This document shows positions 48,271 to 58,387 of a DNA stretch of 64,000 bases, in pieces. The translations under genes were made by a program, and so were the position numbers. The stretch's first letter is position 1. Every line of letters starts with the position of its first letter. The notes under the pieces are model-generated. The model saw only the letters and a list, made by a program, of their open reading frames with translations, ran no database searches and was not told the origin of the DNA. Source of the DNA: Bacteroidia bacterium (GTDB taxonomy: Bacteria; Bacteroidota; Bacteroidia; M30B66); assembly GCA_965279035.1 (NCBI GenBank), contig OZ257142.1, positions 2,496,001-2,560,000 of the forward strand. The letters are read 5' to 3'.

Positions 48271-48275
48271 TAAAA

Positions 48276-49664
48276 TTGAAACTCGAACACGAAACCACTA
48301 TTTGTGCATTAGCAACGGGAGGAGGAATGTCGGCCATTGCGGTAATTCGTGTTTCGGGAAAAGATGCAATTGAGTTATGTGATCAAGTATTCAGAGGGAA
48401 AAAAGGTAAAAAGCTTGCAGATCAAAAAGGCTATACCATTCATTTTGGATCTATAATCTGGAATGAAAGAGTAATTGATGAAGTGCTCGTTTCGGTATTT
48501 CGTTCACCCAATTCGTATACAGGTGAAAATACACTTGAAATAAGTTGTCATGGTTCAACTTTTATTCAGCAAGAATTATTATCTGCTCTATATTCTACAG
48601 GCATTCAACCAGCCAAACCGGGTGAATTTACCTTGCGTGCATTTTTAAATGGAAAGATGGACTTGAGTCAAGCCGAAGCGGTTGCCGACCTCATATCATC
48701 CGAAAACAAAGCTTCACATGAATTGGCCTTAAAGCAAATGCGTGGTGGTTTTTCAGAAGAAATAGCGAAGCTACGAGAGCAGCTCATGAATTTTGCTGCA
48801 CTCATCGAACTCGAACTCGACTTCAGCACCGAAGATGTAGAATTTGCTGATCGCTCATTATTACTCACATTAGTCAAACATGTTATACATGTTGTTCATT
48901 CCCTCAAAGAAAGTTATGCTCTCGGAAATGTTCTAAAACAAGGCATTCCTGTTACCATTGCAGGTCGACCCAACGCAGGAAAATCGACTTTGTTAAATGC
49001 TTTATTAAATGAAGAAAGAGCGATTGTTAGTCCAATAGCCGGCACAACACGAGATAGTATTGAAGACAATTTAATTATTGACGGAATTTCGTTTCGATTT
49101 ATTGATACAGCAGGCTTGAGAGATTCTAAAGATGAAATTGAAAGCATTGGAGTTGAGCGTAGTTATCAAAAAATAAATGAAGCTGAAATTGTTTTATTTC
49201 TGTTTGATGCAAGCTTTGCCAATCAACCACAAATTTTAGAAGATCTCCTTGTGCTTCGTGAACGTGTTGGTTCAGGCAAATTCATCATACCGGTTGGAAA
49301 TAAAGTGGATCAATTAGATGAACCTGTACTTGATATTTACAATCAATTGATGGGAGCTGCTTGGATTTCTGCACTGAAGAAAGATGGGCTTGTTGAATTG
49401 AAGCAACAATTGATTCAATGGGTAAATTCAGGCATTCAGGGGAATTCAGAAATTATAGTTACGAATGCTCGTCATGTTGATGCACTTAGTCGTGCAGAAG
49501 AAAATTTGTTGGATGTTCAGAAAGATTTAGAATTAAATATTGCTAGTGATTTATTAGCTATTGATATTCGTTCGGCTATTTCAACACTTTCAGAAATCAC
49601 TGGAGAAGTAAATAATGAAGACCTTTTAGGGCATATTTTCGGCAAATTCTGTATCGGAAAATAA
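48276..49664 (+). CDS. mnmE: tRNA modification GTPase
   Basis: TICALAT, SYTGEN..EISCHG, GEFTLRAFLNGK, GRPNAGKS, GTTRD, DTAG and FCIGK motifs; TTG start. Confidence 0.98.
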   Translation: MKLEHETTICALATGGGMSAIAVIRVSGKDAIELCDQVFRGKKGKKLADQKGYTIHFGSIIWNERVIDEVLVSVFRSPNSYTGENTLEISCHGSTFIQQELLSALYSTGIQPAKPGEFTLRAFLNGKMDLSQAEAVADLISSENKASHELALKQMRGGFSEEIAKLREQLMNFAALIELELDFSTEDVEFADRSLLLTLVKHVIHVVHSLKESYALGNVLKQGIPVTIAGRPNAGKSTLLNALLNEERAIVSPIAGTTRDSIEDNLIIDGISFRFIDTAGLRDSKDEIESIGVERSYQKINEAEIVLFLFDASFANQPQILEDLLVLRERVGSGKFIIPVGNKVDQLDEPVLDIYNQLMGAAWISALKKDGLVELKQQLIQWVNSGIQGNSEIIVTNARHVDALSRAEENLLDVQKDLELNIASDLLAIDIRSAISTLSEITGEVNNEDLLGHIFGKFCIGK

Positions 49665-49750
49665 TGTAGATTTTTAATAGCTGGTATTCATTCGTATTTC
49701 TAAAATGATACTTTTGATTATTAGCAAACTCTAAGACTCCCAATTGGAAT

Positions 49751-51616
49751 ATGGAATTTAATAGCTCCGATCAATTTAATGAAGATGCAAATAGTATTTC
49801 CAATGCCTTAATGGGTATTATTAACTCAACTACTGATTTGATATGGTCGGTCAATTCTCAATTTTGCTATACCTATTTTAACGATCGTTTTAGAGAATAT
49901 TTGATTTCTAATTACAATACAATTCCTGAAATTGGAAATAAAATAATATCAGCCTCTTCCGATTTACCTGAATTAAAGTACTTATTTAAAATGATTCAGA
50001 AGGGATTTGAAGGGGAGTTTCTATATGAAGAAATATCATTACCCCATTTAGTAGCTCAGGTCAATGTTAATCCAATTTTTAATGAAAAAAAAGAAATCAT
50101 TGGGTCAGCAATATATTGTAGAGATATAACAATCAGCAAGATCAATGAATTAAAACTAAAAGAAAGTGAAAACCGATACAAAGATGTTATTGAAAGTGTC
50201 CACGAAATTATTTTTCAAACAGATATTGTAGGCAATTGGTCATTTTTGAATAAATCATGGGAACGCGTTTTCGGGTTTAAAGTTGAAGACTGTTTAGGTA
50301 AGCCCTTTTTTGGCTTTTTACATCCTGATGACGTTCAAAAAAACATGGATTTATTTGAACCACTCATTCAACGGAAAAAGAATTTCTGTGACCATGAAAT
50401 TCGATATATCACTTCGACTGGAAAAGTTCTCAATATTCGAGTTTATGCAGTCATCCGATTGAACGAATCGGATGAAATTATTGGAACAAGTGGTACACTT
50501 CAAGATATTACGGAACAAAAACGGAATAAAGAGATGTATCAATTATTATCCGAAAATGTGCGCGATTTAATTGTACTTCATACAATGGCTGGGAATATTT
50601 CCTATATAACTCCATCGTGTTACACGCTATTAGGCTACCATAGTGATGAATTAATTGGGACAAATCCATTCAATTTAGTTCATCCAGATGATATAAGAAA
50701 TATTCAATTATTGCAACAAAGTATTATTGATGGTGGGAATCAAAATACCTTAATCTCATATCGATTTAAACATAAAAATGGAACTTATCATTGGCTTGAA
50801 ACAAATTCAAAACTAATGACTGATTCTCAAGGGAATCCATCTGGAATTATTGCTTCATCACGCATTGTTGATGAACGAAAAAAATTGGAAGAAAATCTTA
50901 TTGAATCTTTAGTGAAAGAAAAAGAATTAAATGAATTAAAATCACGATTCGTGAGTATGGCCTCTCATGAGTTCCGAACTCCAATGGCAACAATTAAATC
51001 AAGTACCGAAATTCTTGAAATCCGAATTAAGGAACTAAAAAATGAAACAACTGTTGAATCATTTAATAAACACTTGCAAATAATAAATTCTGAAATTGAT
51101 CGCTTGACTTTTTTAATGAATGATGTGTTATTACTTGGTAAAATCGAAGCTGATAAGGTTGTATTTAAACCTGAATCAACAAACGTGATCGAACTTATTC
51201 AAGATATTATTAAAAGACAAGAGAACAAACAAACTGATGGTCGAAAAATTATATTTGAATTTACAGGAAAACCACATCATGTAATGATTGATCCTTCACA
51301 ATTCAATCACATTTTAGATAATTTAATTTCGAATGCTTATAAATATTCGATAGGAGAAAAATCACCCGAATTGACTTTGCATTTTAAAAACAAATCAATT
51401 AAACTAGAATTAAGGGATTATGGAATTGGGGTTCCGAAAGAAGAAGAAAAACAACTATTTGTATCTTTCTTCAGAGCAAGAAATGCCGATATTATTCAAG
51501 GTACCGGACTCGGACTAGTCATTGTCAAAAACTTTGTAACAATGCATGGAGGCAAAATCACATTTCAATCCGAAAACATCAAAGGGACAATTTTCACTGT
51601 TGAATTACCCTATTAA
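49751..51616 (+). CDS. Cytoplasmic multi-PAS sensor histidine kinase (HisKA/HATPase)
   Basis: Three PAS/PAC units (two with HPDD), SHEFRTP H-box, NLISNAYKYS, DYGIG and GTGLGL; no TM helix seen. Confidence 0.93.
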   Translation: MEFNSSDQFNEDANSISNALMGIINSTTDLIWSVNSQFCYTYFNDRFREYLISNYNTIPEIGNKIISASSDLPELKYLFKMIQKGFEGEFLYEEISLPHLVAQVNVNPIFNEKKEIIGSAIYCRDITISKINELKLKESENRYKDVIESVHEIIFQTDIVGNWSFLNKSWERVFGFKVEDCLGKPFFGFLHPDDVQKNMDLFEPLIQRKKNFCDHEIRYITSTGKVLNIRVYAVIRLNESDEIIGTSGTLQDITEQKRNKEMYQLLSENVRDLIVLHTMAGNISYITPSCYTLLGYHSDELIGTNPFNLVHPDDIRNIQLLQQSIIDGGNQNTLISYRFKHKNGTYHWLETNSKLMTDSQGNPSGIIASSRIVDERKKLEENLIESLVKEKELNELKSRFVSMASHEFRTPMATIKSSTEILEIRIKELKNETTVESFNKHLQIINSEIDRLTFLMNDVLLLGKIEADKVVFKPESTNVIELIQDIIKRQENKQTDGRKIIFEFTGKPHHVMIDPSQFNHILDNLISNAYKYSIGEKSPELTLHFKNKSIKLELRDYGIGVPKEEEKQLFVSFFRARNADIIQGTGLGLVIVKNFVTMHGGKITFQSENIKGTIFTVELPY

Positions 51617-52374
51617 TTCGTTTGAGAAATTTCGCTAGAACTTGCTCCGAGCACCTTTCCAGTATTGGAATCTTGAAGCCATAGAATTAGTTTCAATTTC
51701 TTAGTTGATAGCTCAATTGGCAAATTCAGGTAAACATTCCCACTTCGTTTATCAGTCGACATACTCATATAACTCCGGACAGTATTTCGACTAATCATCA
51801 ATTTCCCAGCGTTTTCTCCCGATTGAATTGTACTCGTATCGCGATCACTTACTAATGCAGCATTTAAAATTTGCAATAAACTATCAGATCGTTCAAAATG
51901 AAAAAGAACTCTATTTTCTTTTATCCGAATTGCACTTAACGCAATCTCTTCGTTGAATTTACCCTTTGAGCTGGCCAACAATTCTCTCTTCAATCGGGCT
52001 CCATTTGTTCCTGGAAACCCACTTTCACCATTGATAAATAACTCAGGTGTATACAGGTCTTTAGATTTATTAAGTTGAACATAGTGATTTTGTCTTTCCG
52101 TGTATTTCGCTTTACTTAACGGATCAACCCATCCACGTTCATTCCAATAATCAACATGAAAACTTAACAAAATAAAATTAGATTCTAAAAAACTTGTATC
52201 TCGGTATAATTCATCAATTAGTTGATCTGCTATAAAACAGTTTGAACATCCTTGAGAAGTATAGAGTTCAATAATAGCGAAAGGTGTAGATTGAGGTATT
52301 TGAGATTTTAAGTTCGTAACACTACAAATCAACAATAAAATGAATAACACAAATAGGGTATAGCATCTAGTCAT
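51613..52374 (-). CDS. DUF1223 thioredoxin-like exported protein
   Basis: ELYTSQGCSNC, FHVDYW..GW.DP, YTP...NG and GENAG motifs. Confidence 0.88.
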   Translation of the reverse strand: MTRCYTLFVLFILLLICSVTNLKSQIPQSTPFAIIELYTSQGCSNCFIADQLIDELYRDTSFLESNFILLSFHVDYWNERGWVDPLSKAKYTERQNHYVQLNKSKDLYTPELFINGESGFPGTNGARLKRELLASSKGKFNEEIALSAIRIKENRVLFHFERSDSLLQILNAALVSDRDTSTIQSGENAGKLMISRNTVRSYMSMSTDKRSGNVYLNLPIELSTKKLKLILWLQDSNTGKVLGASSSEISQTN

Positions 52375-53017
52375 TTAATCGAATAATTTTATTTTTCAAT
52401 GCATAAAATACCAGTCCAATTCGAGATTGAATTTTCAACTTTGTAAAGATTGAATCTCTATATCCATCAATGGTTCGAATACTTACAATCATTTTATCTG
52501 CAATTTCCTTATAACTTAATTCGGAAGCTGCTAAAACAAGAAAATCAAGTTCCCTTTTTGATAGTTTCGTAGATTTTTCAACTACTTCAGTATTGAATTG
52601 CAACGAAGCAGCCCTTCCAGCAATGTTCTCTGAATAATAAAATTCATCTTCTAAAACAGCTTGAATCCCTTTTACCAATTCATCTGGTTCACAGTCTTTC
52701 AACAGATATCCTTTCGCACCAGCTTTTATCATTCGTATCACTGAGCTATCATTATCCATCATTGATAATGCAAGTACTTTTACATTTAATCCTAAATTAT
52801 GGATCTGTTGCATAGTAGATACACCATCGAGAATTGGCATATTTACATCTAATAAAATAACATCAGGTAGTCTATTCTTTATAAGTTTCAATAATTCTGA
52901 TCCGTTGGACGCTTCTGCTATTACCTCAAATCCTCTATGATGTAAAATATGAATTAACCCTTTACGAACTAAAGAATGATCATCTGCAATTGCAATCTTA
53001 ACTTTTTCGAAAGACAT
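52367..53017 (-). CDS. NarL/LuxR-family response regulator (ATG at 53017)
   Basis: IADDH, LLDVNMP.LDG, GA.GYLLKD receiver domain; LS.RE..F...YKEIA..M..S.RTIDGYR HTH. Confidence 0.93.
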   Translation of the reverse strand: MSFEKVKIAIADDHSLVRKGLIHILHHRGFEVIAEASNGSELLKLIKNRLPDVILLDVNMPILDGVSTMQQIHNLGLNVKVLALSMMDNDSSVIRMIKAGAKGYLLKDCEPDELVKGIQAVLEDEFYYSENIAGRAASLQFNTEVVEKSTKLSKRELDFLVLAASELSYKEIADKMIVSIRTIDGYRDSIFTKLKIQSRIGLVFYALKNKIIRLND

Positions 53018-53585
53018 ATTCAAAATTAATCAAATGGTAGGAAAAAAATACAAATTACTTCTATGTATCTCACCAAACTCATATAACACACTAATTTTTT
53101 TACTATTTATTTGATTGATGTATTGAAAATTCTATAGGAGATTTTAAATATTCTAAATCCAATCATTTACTAATCATCCTCTAATTTTCGCCCAAATAAC
53201 TATCTATTACAAAAATTAAATCCTAAATCAAATAAGTAAAATATGAATTTTGAATTTCCAAATTGTTGAATATTATTTGCCAATGAATATTTTGCACAAT
53301 TTGAATAACTGTATCTTATTTCAAATTAATTGCTACATATTATAGTACAATAGCTAGAAATTTTGGTATTTACTAAAATGCATCTGAGAAAAATACCGTT
53401 AAATAACCCCTCCCTCTGGGTCTTTTTACCCTTTTTTATTTCATAAAGCTGGTACATATTTGCAATAGAATATCATTGAGTCCTAACCCAATGTTTATTC
53501 TTTATAAGTGGTGTGCGTACTGCTTGTAATCAAACAAAAAACCGTGAAACATATATTCAAGGTTTTATAAAATACCAAAAGGTAT

Positions 53586-53634
53586 CAATGCCAGGGATAG
53601 ATGGTTGAAACTTCCTTGGCATTGTTTTTTTTTT
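53586..53634 (+). terminator. Intrinsic terminator with no annotated upstream gene
   Basis: CAATGCCAGGGA...TCCTTGGCATTG 12-bp stem (one G.U) followed by 10 T. Confidence 0.8.
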
Positions 53635-53756
53635 AAATAACTCTAAGTAAAATTCATTGAGTTATCTTTATACCTTTTCATATTAGATAAATCATCAATT
53701 TTCTCTAATGTGATACATTATACTTTAGTGCTTTTAGTTTGTTTATCTATATACGA

Positions 53757-56009
53757 ATGGAATCCAATACTACATTAGAATTAATATACCGATTAGTCCA
53801 TTTTACCAATAAAAATATATTCATAACTGGTAAAGCAGGAACTGGAAAAACTACGCTACTAAAACAAATTACACAACAAACTCATAAACGATTTGCTATT
53901 GTTGCACCAACCGGTGTAGCTGCTATTCAGGCTGGAGGTGTGACCATACATTCGTTTTTTGGAATTCACCCACATACGTTCATCCCTTTCGGAAATATTC
54001 CAAATAATGCTTCAATTCCAATCGAATCGGCGTATAGTTTGAGTCGAACATTGAGAATCTCCCAAGAAAAAATCAATATTCTTCGTAGCATCGATTTACT
54101 CATCATCGATGAAATCAGCATGGTAAGATGCGATCTCCTCGATTCCATCGATACCGTTCTTAGAAAATATAAAAAACCAGAACTACCATTTGGTGGTGTT
54201 CAACTTTTATTGTTTGGCGATTTATTTCAATTACCTCCCGTTGTCAAAGAAGAAGAAGCACAAATTTTAACAAACTATTATCCCGGTTTTTATTTTTATG
54301 AAAGCAAAGCGCTTCAAAAAGCCGAATACAAACGAATTGAATTAACACATATCTACCGACAAACCGATCAACAATTCATTGAAATTTTAAATGAAATTCG
54401 ATTTGGTACTCTATCTGAAAATACCAACCGCCTACTGCAAAAAAAAATATCAAAACATAAATCTGATTTACCCGAAGGAACTATCACATTGACTACTCAC
54501 GTCAAAAAAGCAGATGAAATAAATACACATCAACTCAATCAACTAAAAGAAAAACAAATCGTTTTCGAAGCCAGTATTTCAGGTGAATTTCAGCCTTCCT
54601 CCTATCCTACCGAAGCCTCATTAAAGCTGAAAAAAGGTGCTCAGGTGATGTTCATCAAAAACGATAAAGAACGAAGATTCTATAATGGAAAAATTGGTAT
54701 TGTTGAACATTGGGAATTAGATGAAGATCTTGAAGTAATTTATGTTCGTTGCCCCGATCAAGCAAATTTAATTTGTGTAAGTCGTGAAACTTGGCGTAAC
54801 GTTAAATATTCGTTTGATCAAACAAAAAATGCAATTCAAGAAGACGAAAAAGGCGAGTTCTCCCAATTTCCTCTTCGTCTTGCATGGGCAATTACCATTC
54901 ATAAAAGCCAAGGATTAACCTTTGAAAAAGTAATCATCGATATTGAAAATCTATTTATTCCTGGACAATTTTATGTCGCAATGAGTCGCTGTAAAAGTTT
55001 GGATGGCATTTCATTCTTACACTCAATTTCAAATAGAGAATTAAAGCCCAATAGCGATATCATCCATTTCACCAATAATTTTCAGCCTCTCGAAAAAATA
55101 GTCGACCAATTAGCTGATGAGGAATTAGTCTATGCGTATTCTAAAAGCTTGAATGCCTTCGATTTCACCTGGCTTAAACCTCAGATTCGAGAAGCCCAAG
55201 ATGCACTCATTCCTTTTTTGAAATATTTAAATACTGAATCAAAAGAAAAAATTAAATCCCTCGAAGAATTTAATCAATCAATAACTGCTCATTCAAGAAA
55301 TTACAAACCTAAAATCGAACAATTATTTTATTCATTAAGCAAAGGGAATTTCATAACTGAAGAACTTATTAGATTTCCAAAAGGTGTAGATTACTTCTGC
55401 CACGAACTCATACATAATATCAGTGAACCTTTTCACCAAATTCTACAAGAATTAAAAGAAGTTCACAAAATTAAATCCTTATCCTCTTGCATCCACAAAA
55501 TAGATTCTCGTATAAAAGAAGCTATTCGTCAATTAATCGAATCCAAACTTTTACTACACACATGGATAAATCGAGGAGAAGTTTTGAGCATTAAACAAGC
55601 TTTAAATCAAAGTATTGAAGATGAATACTCGCTATTAAATAAACTAAATCAAGAGGTTCTTTCAGCTCAAATAAAAACCACTAAAACAAAAAATAAAAAG
55701 AAAGAAAAAACACCCAAAGGCAGCACTCAAAATTTATCATTCAAATTATTTAAACAAGGAATGAGTATTCAAGAAATTGCTTTAAACAGAGAACTAAAAT
55801 CAACAACCATTTATTCCCATTTAACAAAATACATTCAATCTGGAGAATTGAATATAAATGAAATTATCTCTGAAAATACAATCACTTCCATACAACTGGC
55901 AATTAAAAAATTCCCCAAAGACACGAAACTAGGACCTATATTATCAAGTCTTAATAAACAATTCGAAACAGATGAAATTAAATTAGTTTATGCTGATTTG
56001 TTCAAATAA
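53757..56009 (+). CDS. Pif1/RecD-like SF1B helicase with C-terminal helix-turn-helix (ATG at 53757)
   Basis: TGKAGTGKT, APTGVAA, TIHSFF, IDEISM, GDLFQLPP, RQ.D, PLRLAWAITIHKSQG and YVAMSR motifs; C-terminal HTH. Confidence 0.93.
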   Translation: MESNTTLELIYRLVHFTNKNIFITGKAGTGKTTLLKQITQQTHKRFAIVAPTGVAAIQAGGVTIHSFFGIHPHTFIPFGNIPNNASIPIESAYSLSRTLRISQEKINILRSIDLLIIDEISMVRCDLLDSIDTVLRKYKKPELPFGGVQLLLFGDLFQLPPVVKEEEAQILTNYYPGFYFYESKALQKAEYKRIELTHIYRQTDQQFIEILNEIRFGTLSENTNRLLQKKISKHKSDLPEGTITLTTHVKKADEINTHQLNQLKEKQIVFEASISGEFQPSSYPTEASLKLKKGAQVMFIKNDKERRFYNGKIGIVEHWELDEDLEVIYVRCPDQANLICVSRETWRNVKYSFDQTKNAIQEDEKGEFSQFPLRLAWAITIHKSQGLTFEKVIIDIENLFIPGQFYVAMSRCKSLDGISFLHSISNRELKPNSDIIHFTNNFQPLEKIVDQLADEELVYAYSKSLNAFDFTWLKPQIREAQDALIPFLKYLNTESKEKIKSLEEFNQSITAHSRNYKPKIEQLFYSLSKGNFITEELIRFPKGVDYFCHELIHNISEPFHQILQELKEVHKIKSLSSCIHKIDSRIKEAIRQLIESKLLLHTWINRGEVLSIKQALNQSIEDEYSLLNKLNQEVLSAQIKTTKTKNKKKEKTPKGSTQNLSFKLFKQGMSIQEIALNRELKSTTIYSHLTKYIQSGELNINEIISENTITSIQLAIKKFPKDTKLGPILSSLNKQFETDEIKLVYADLFK

Positions 56010-56160
56010 ATTTTAAATTTTTTATTAATTTATCTCATCTCCCTTCTCTTAATTTTTTTCTTCCTTTAAATTTCCAATCAATTTCATCCATCTATTTTTG
56101 CTTTCTTTTTCTCACATTAAATTCTAATAATTTTAATTCCCTTTTTCTCACCTTTGCACA

Positions 56161-57147
56161 ATGCAAATAAATACACGCCGTCCTCGTCGTAATCGTCGTT
56201 CCGAAGCTGTTCGCAGCATGATTCAGGAAACACATCTCCATCCTTCACAACTCATTTTACCCTTTTTTCTTGTCAATGGTGAGAACCTTAAAATCGAAAT
56301 CGCTTCCATGCCCGGAGTATTTCGCTGGAGCATCGACTTAGCACTGAAAGAAGCTGCTCAATGTGTGCAATTAGGTATTCGAAATTTCATCCTTTTTCCT
56401 GCTATTGACGAATCAAAAAAAGACAAGTTTGCTACCTGGAGCTATCATCCCGATTGCTTCTACCTTAAAGCAATTCATGCTTTCAAATCGACATTACCAG
56501 AATGTTCAATAACTACCGATGTTGCTATGGATCCATACAGCAGCGATGGTCATGATGGTATTTATGAAAATGGAATTATTCTCAACGATGCAACTCTCGA
56601 AATTTTAGGAAAAATGTCGCTTGCGCAAGCTGCTGCTGGTGCCGATATCATTGGTCCTAGTGATATGATGGATGGACGAGTTGGCTACATTCGTCAAACC
56701 CTCGATGCTGCTGGTTTTACAGATGTGGCAATTATGAGTTACACCGCAAAATATGCATCCTGCTTTTATGGCCCTTTCCGCGATGCACTTGATTCTGCTC
56801 CAAAGCACGGCAACAAACTCACGTATCAAATGCATCCTGCAAATCGTCGCGAAGCACTCATCGAAGCCCAACTCGATACCGAAGAAGGCGCCGATTACCT
56901 CATGGTGAAACCCGCTTTGTCTTATCTCGACATCATTTCTGACCTCAAATCCAACAGTCAATTACCCATTGTAGCCTATAATATCAGTGGCGAATATTCG
57001 ATGATTAAAGCTGCTGCCGAAAAAGGTTGGATCGATGAAACTGCCGCTATGAACGAAGTTCTTACCTCGATCAAACGCGCCGGAGCCGATATCATCATCA
57101 CGTATTTCGCTCGTCAATTCGCCGAATTCTTTGTTAAGAAATCGTGA
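56161..57147 (+). CDS. hemB: Porphobilinogen synthase
   Basis: RPRR.R, SMPG, DVAMDPYSSDGHDG (Asp-rich, lacks the Zn-binding Cys), PSDMMDGR, YGPFRDA, MVKP and YNISGEY motifs. Confidence 0.98.
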   Translation: MQINTRRPRRNRRSEAVRSMIQETHLHPSQLILPFFLVNGENLKIEIASMPGVFRWSIDLALKEAAQCVQLGIRNFILFPAIDESKKDKFATWSYHPDCFYLKAIHAFKSTLPECSITTDVAMDPYSSDGHDGIYENGIILNDATLEILGKMSLAQAAAGADIIGPSDMMDGRVGYIRQTLDAAGFTDVAIMSYTAKYASCFYGPFRDALDSAPKHGNKLTYQMHPANRREALIEAQLDTEEGADYLMVKPALSYLDIISDLKSNSQLPIVAYNISGEYSMIKAAAEKGWIDETAAMNEVLTSIKRAGADIIITYFARQFAEFFVKKS

Positions 57148-57219
57148 ATCCCTTGACTCGTTCACGGATTTCAATACGAAGAAACTAACTTGCAAGCTCA
57201 ATTAGTTTTCGATTTCTAT

Positions 57220-57289
57220 GGGGCTTCCGCCGTTTTCGTTCCTCAAACGCCGTCAGGTGCTCGGCCATACACGGTATTTGCCTCGCCCC
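57220..57289 (+). repeat. GC-rich structured intergenic element, copy B
   Basis: GGGGCTTC-[CGTTT..AAACG hairpin]-GTC-N6-TCGGCCATACACGGT-ATTT-GCCTC-GCCCC; core 13/15 identical to copy A. Confidence 0.6.
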
Positions 57290-57328
57290 TTAAGCCATAA
57301 ATTCTTCTCTGTTTGCTTCTAAATTCTT

Positions 57329-58387
57329 ATGAAAAAAATCCTCCTTTTTAGTTCTGCTTGCTTGGTTCTGATACTGAGCTATACTGCCTGTAAGAATCAC
57401 CAAAAACAAAGTGCTAAGGGTAAAGCTTCCGCTTTTCGTGTCATGTTCTACAATGTCGAAAACCTTTACGACACAGTAGATGATCCCAACATCGATGATC
57501 AAGAATATCTTCCCGGCTCCGATCTGCAATGGACCAACGAACGCCTCGATGCAAAACTGAAAAACATCGCTCAAGTTATCCAAGCAGTCGGTGCTCAACA
57601 ACTTCTTCCCGATGTCATAGGCTTAGCTGAAATCGAAAACCGAACTGTCCTCGATTACCTACTCACTAAAACCGAATTATCCAAATTAGGTTACTCTATC
57701 GCCCATTTCGACTCTCCCGATAAACGCGGAATTGATGTAGCACTTCTTTATAGTAGCAGCCGATTCAAACCTTTAAAAATCAATAAATATCCTGTCATTT
57801 TCCCCGGTGACATGGAAAAACCAACGCGCGATATTCTCTATGTAAAAGGCGAACTTCCCAATAAATCAACCTTAAATATTTTGGTCAATCACTGGCCTAG
57901 CCGCAGCGGTGGACAAAAAGAAACCGAACCCAAACGAATCATCGCTGCTCAAACAGCAAAACGCGTTTGCGATTCCATCGCCTTTAACGACCGCAATGCC
58001 AATATTTTACTCATGGGCGATCTCAACGATTATCCAACTGATAAAAGTTTAACCGAAGCATTGGGCGCCCAAAACGACACGACAAATTCAACATCCCAAT
58101 TGTATAATTTAATGGGATGGCAAAAAGGCGAAAATGTTGGTTCGCATCCATACAAAGGTGAATGGGGATTTTTAGATCAAATCATTGTTTCGACATCTGT
58201 TATCAAAGGAGAAAAAGGCCTAAAAACCTATTTCAATCAAGCCAAAGCATTCCGTGCCGATTTCCTCATCGAGAAAAACGAGAAATTCAATAACTGGCAA
58301 ACCAAACGCACCTACGGCGGCAAAAACTACCTTGGTGGTTATAGCGACCATCTACCTGTTTTTGTGAATTTATATATGATTAATTAA
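57329..58387 (+). CDS. Endonuclease/exonuclease/phosphatase family lipoprotein
   Basis: Lipobox YTAC; FYNVENLYD, AEIEN, D.RGIDVALLY, NHWPSR, MGDLND, LDQII and YSDHLPV motifs. Confidence 0.93.
   Translation: MKKILLFSSACLVLILSYTACKNHQKQSAKGKASAFRVMFYNVENLYDTVDDPNIDDQEYLPGSDLQWTNERLDAKLKNIAQVIQAVGAQQLLPDVIGLAEIENRTVLDYLLTKTELSKLGYSIAHFDSPDKRGIDVALLYSSSRFKPLKINKYPVIFPGDMEKPTRDILYVKGELPNKSTLNILVNHWPSRSGGQKETEPKRIIAAQTAKRVCDSIAFNDRNANILLMGDLNDYPTDKSLTEALGAQNDTTNSTSQLYNLMGWQKGENVGSHPYKGEWGFLDQIIVSTSVIKGEKGLKTYFNQAKAFRADFLIEKNEKFNNWQTKRTYGGKNYLGGYSDHLPVFVNLYMIN

Noticed and set aside
48011-48275. Possible CRISPR array
   Set aside because: Units are 7-8 bp and contiguous, with no unique spacers and no cas genes in the window.
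49620-56160. Integrative element at the mnmE 3' end
   Set aside because: No integrase or transposase, and I could not find a duplicated mnmE 3' end (att site) downstream; kept only as a weak composition observation.
56010-56160. Pyrimidine-rich tract upstream of hemB as an RNA element or riboswitch
   Set aside because: Low complexity and almost G-free, with no stable stem or recognisable aptamer; better treated as part of the local strand bias.
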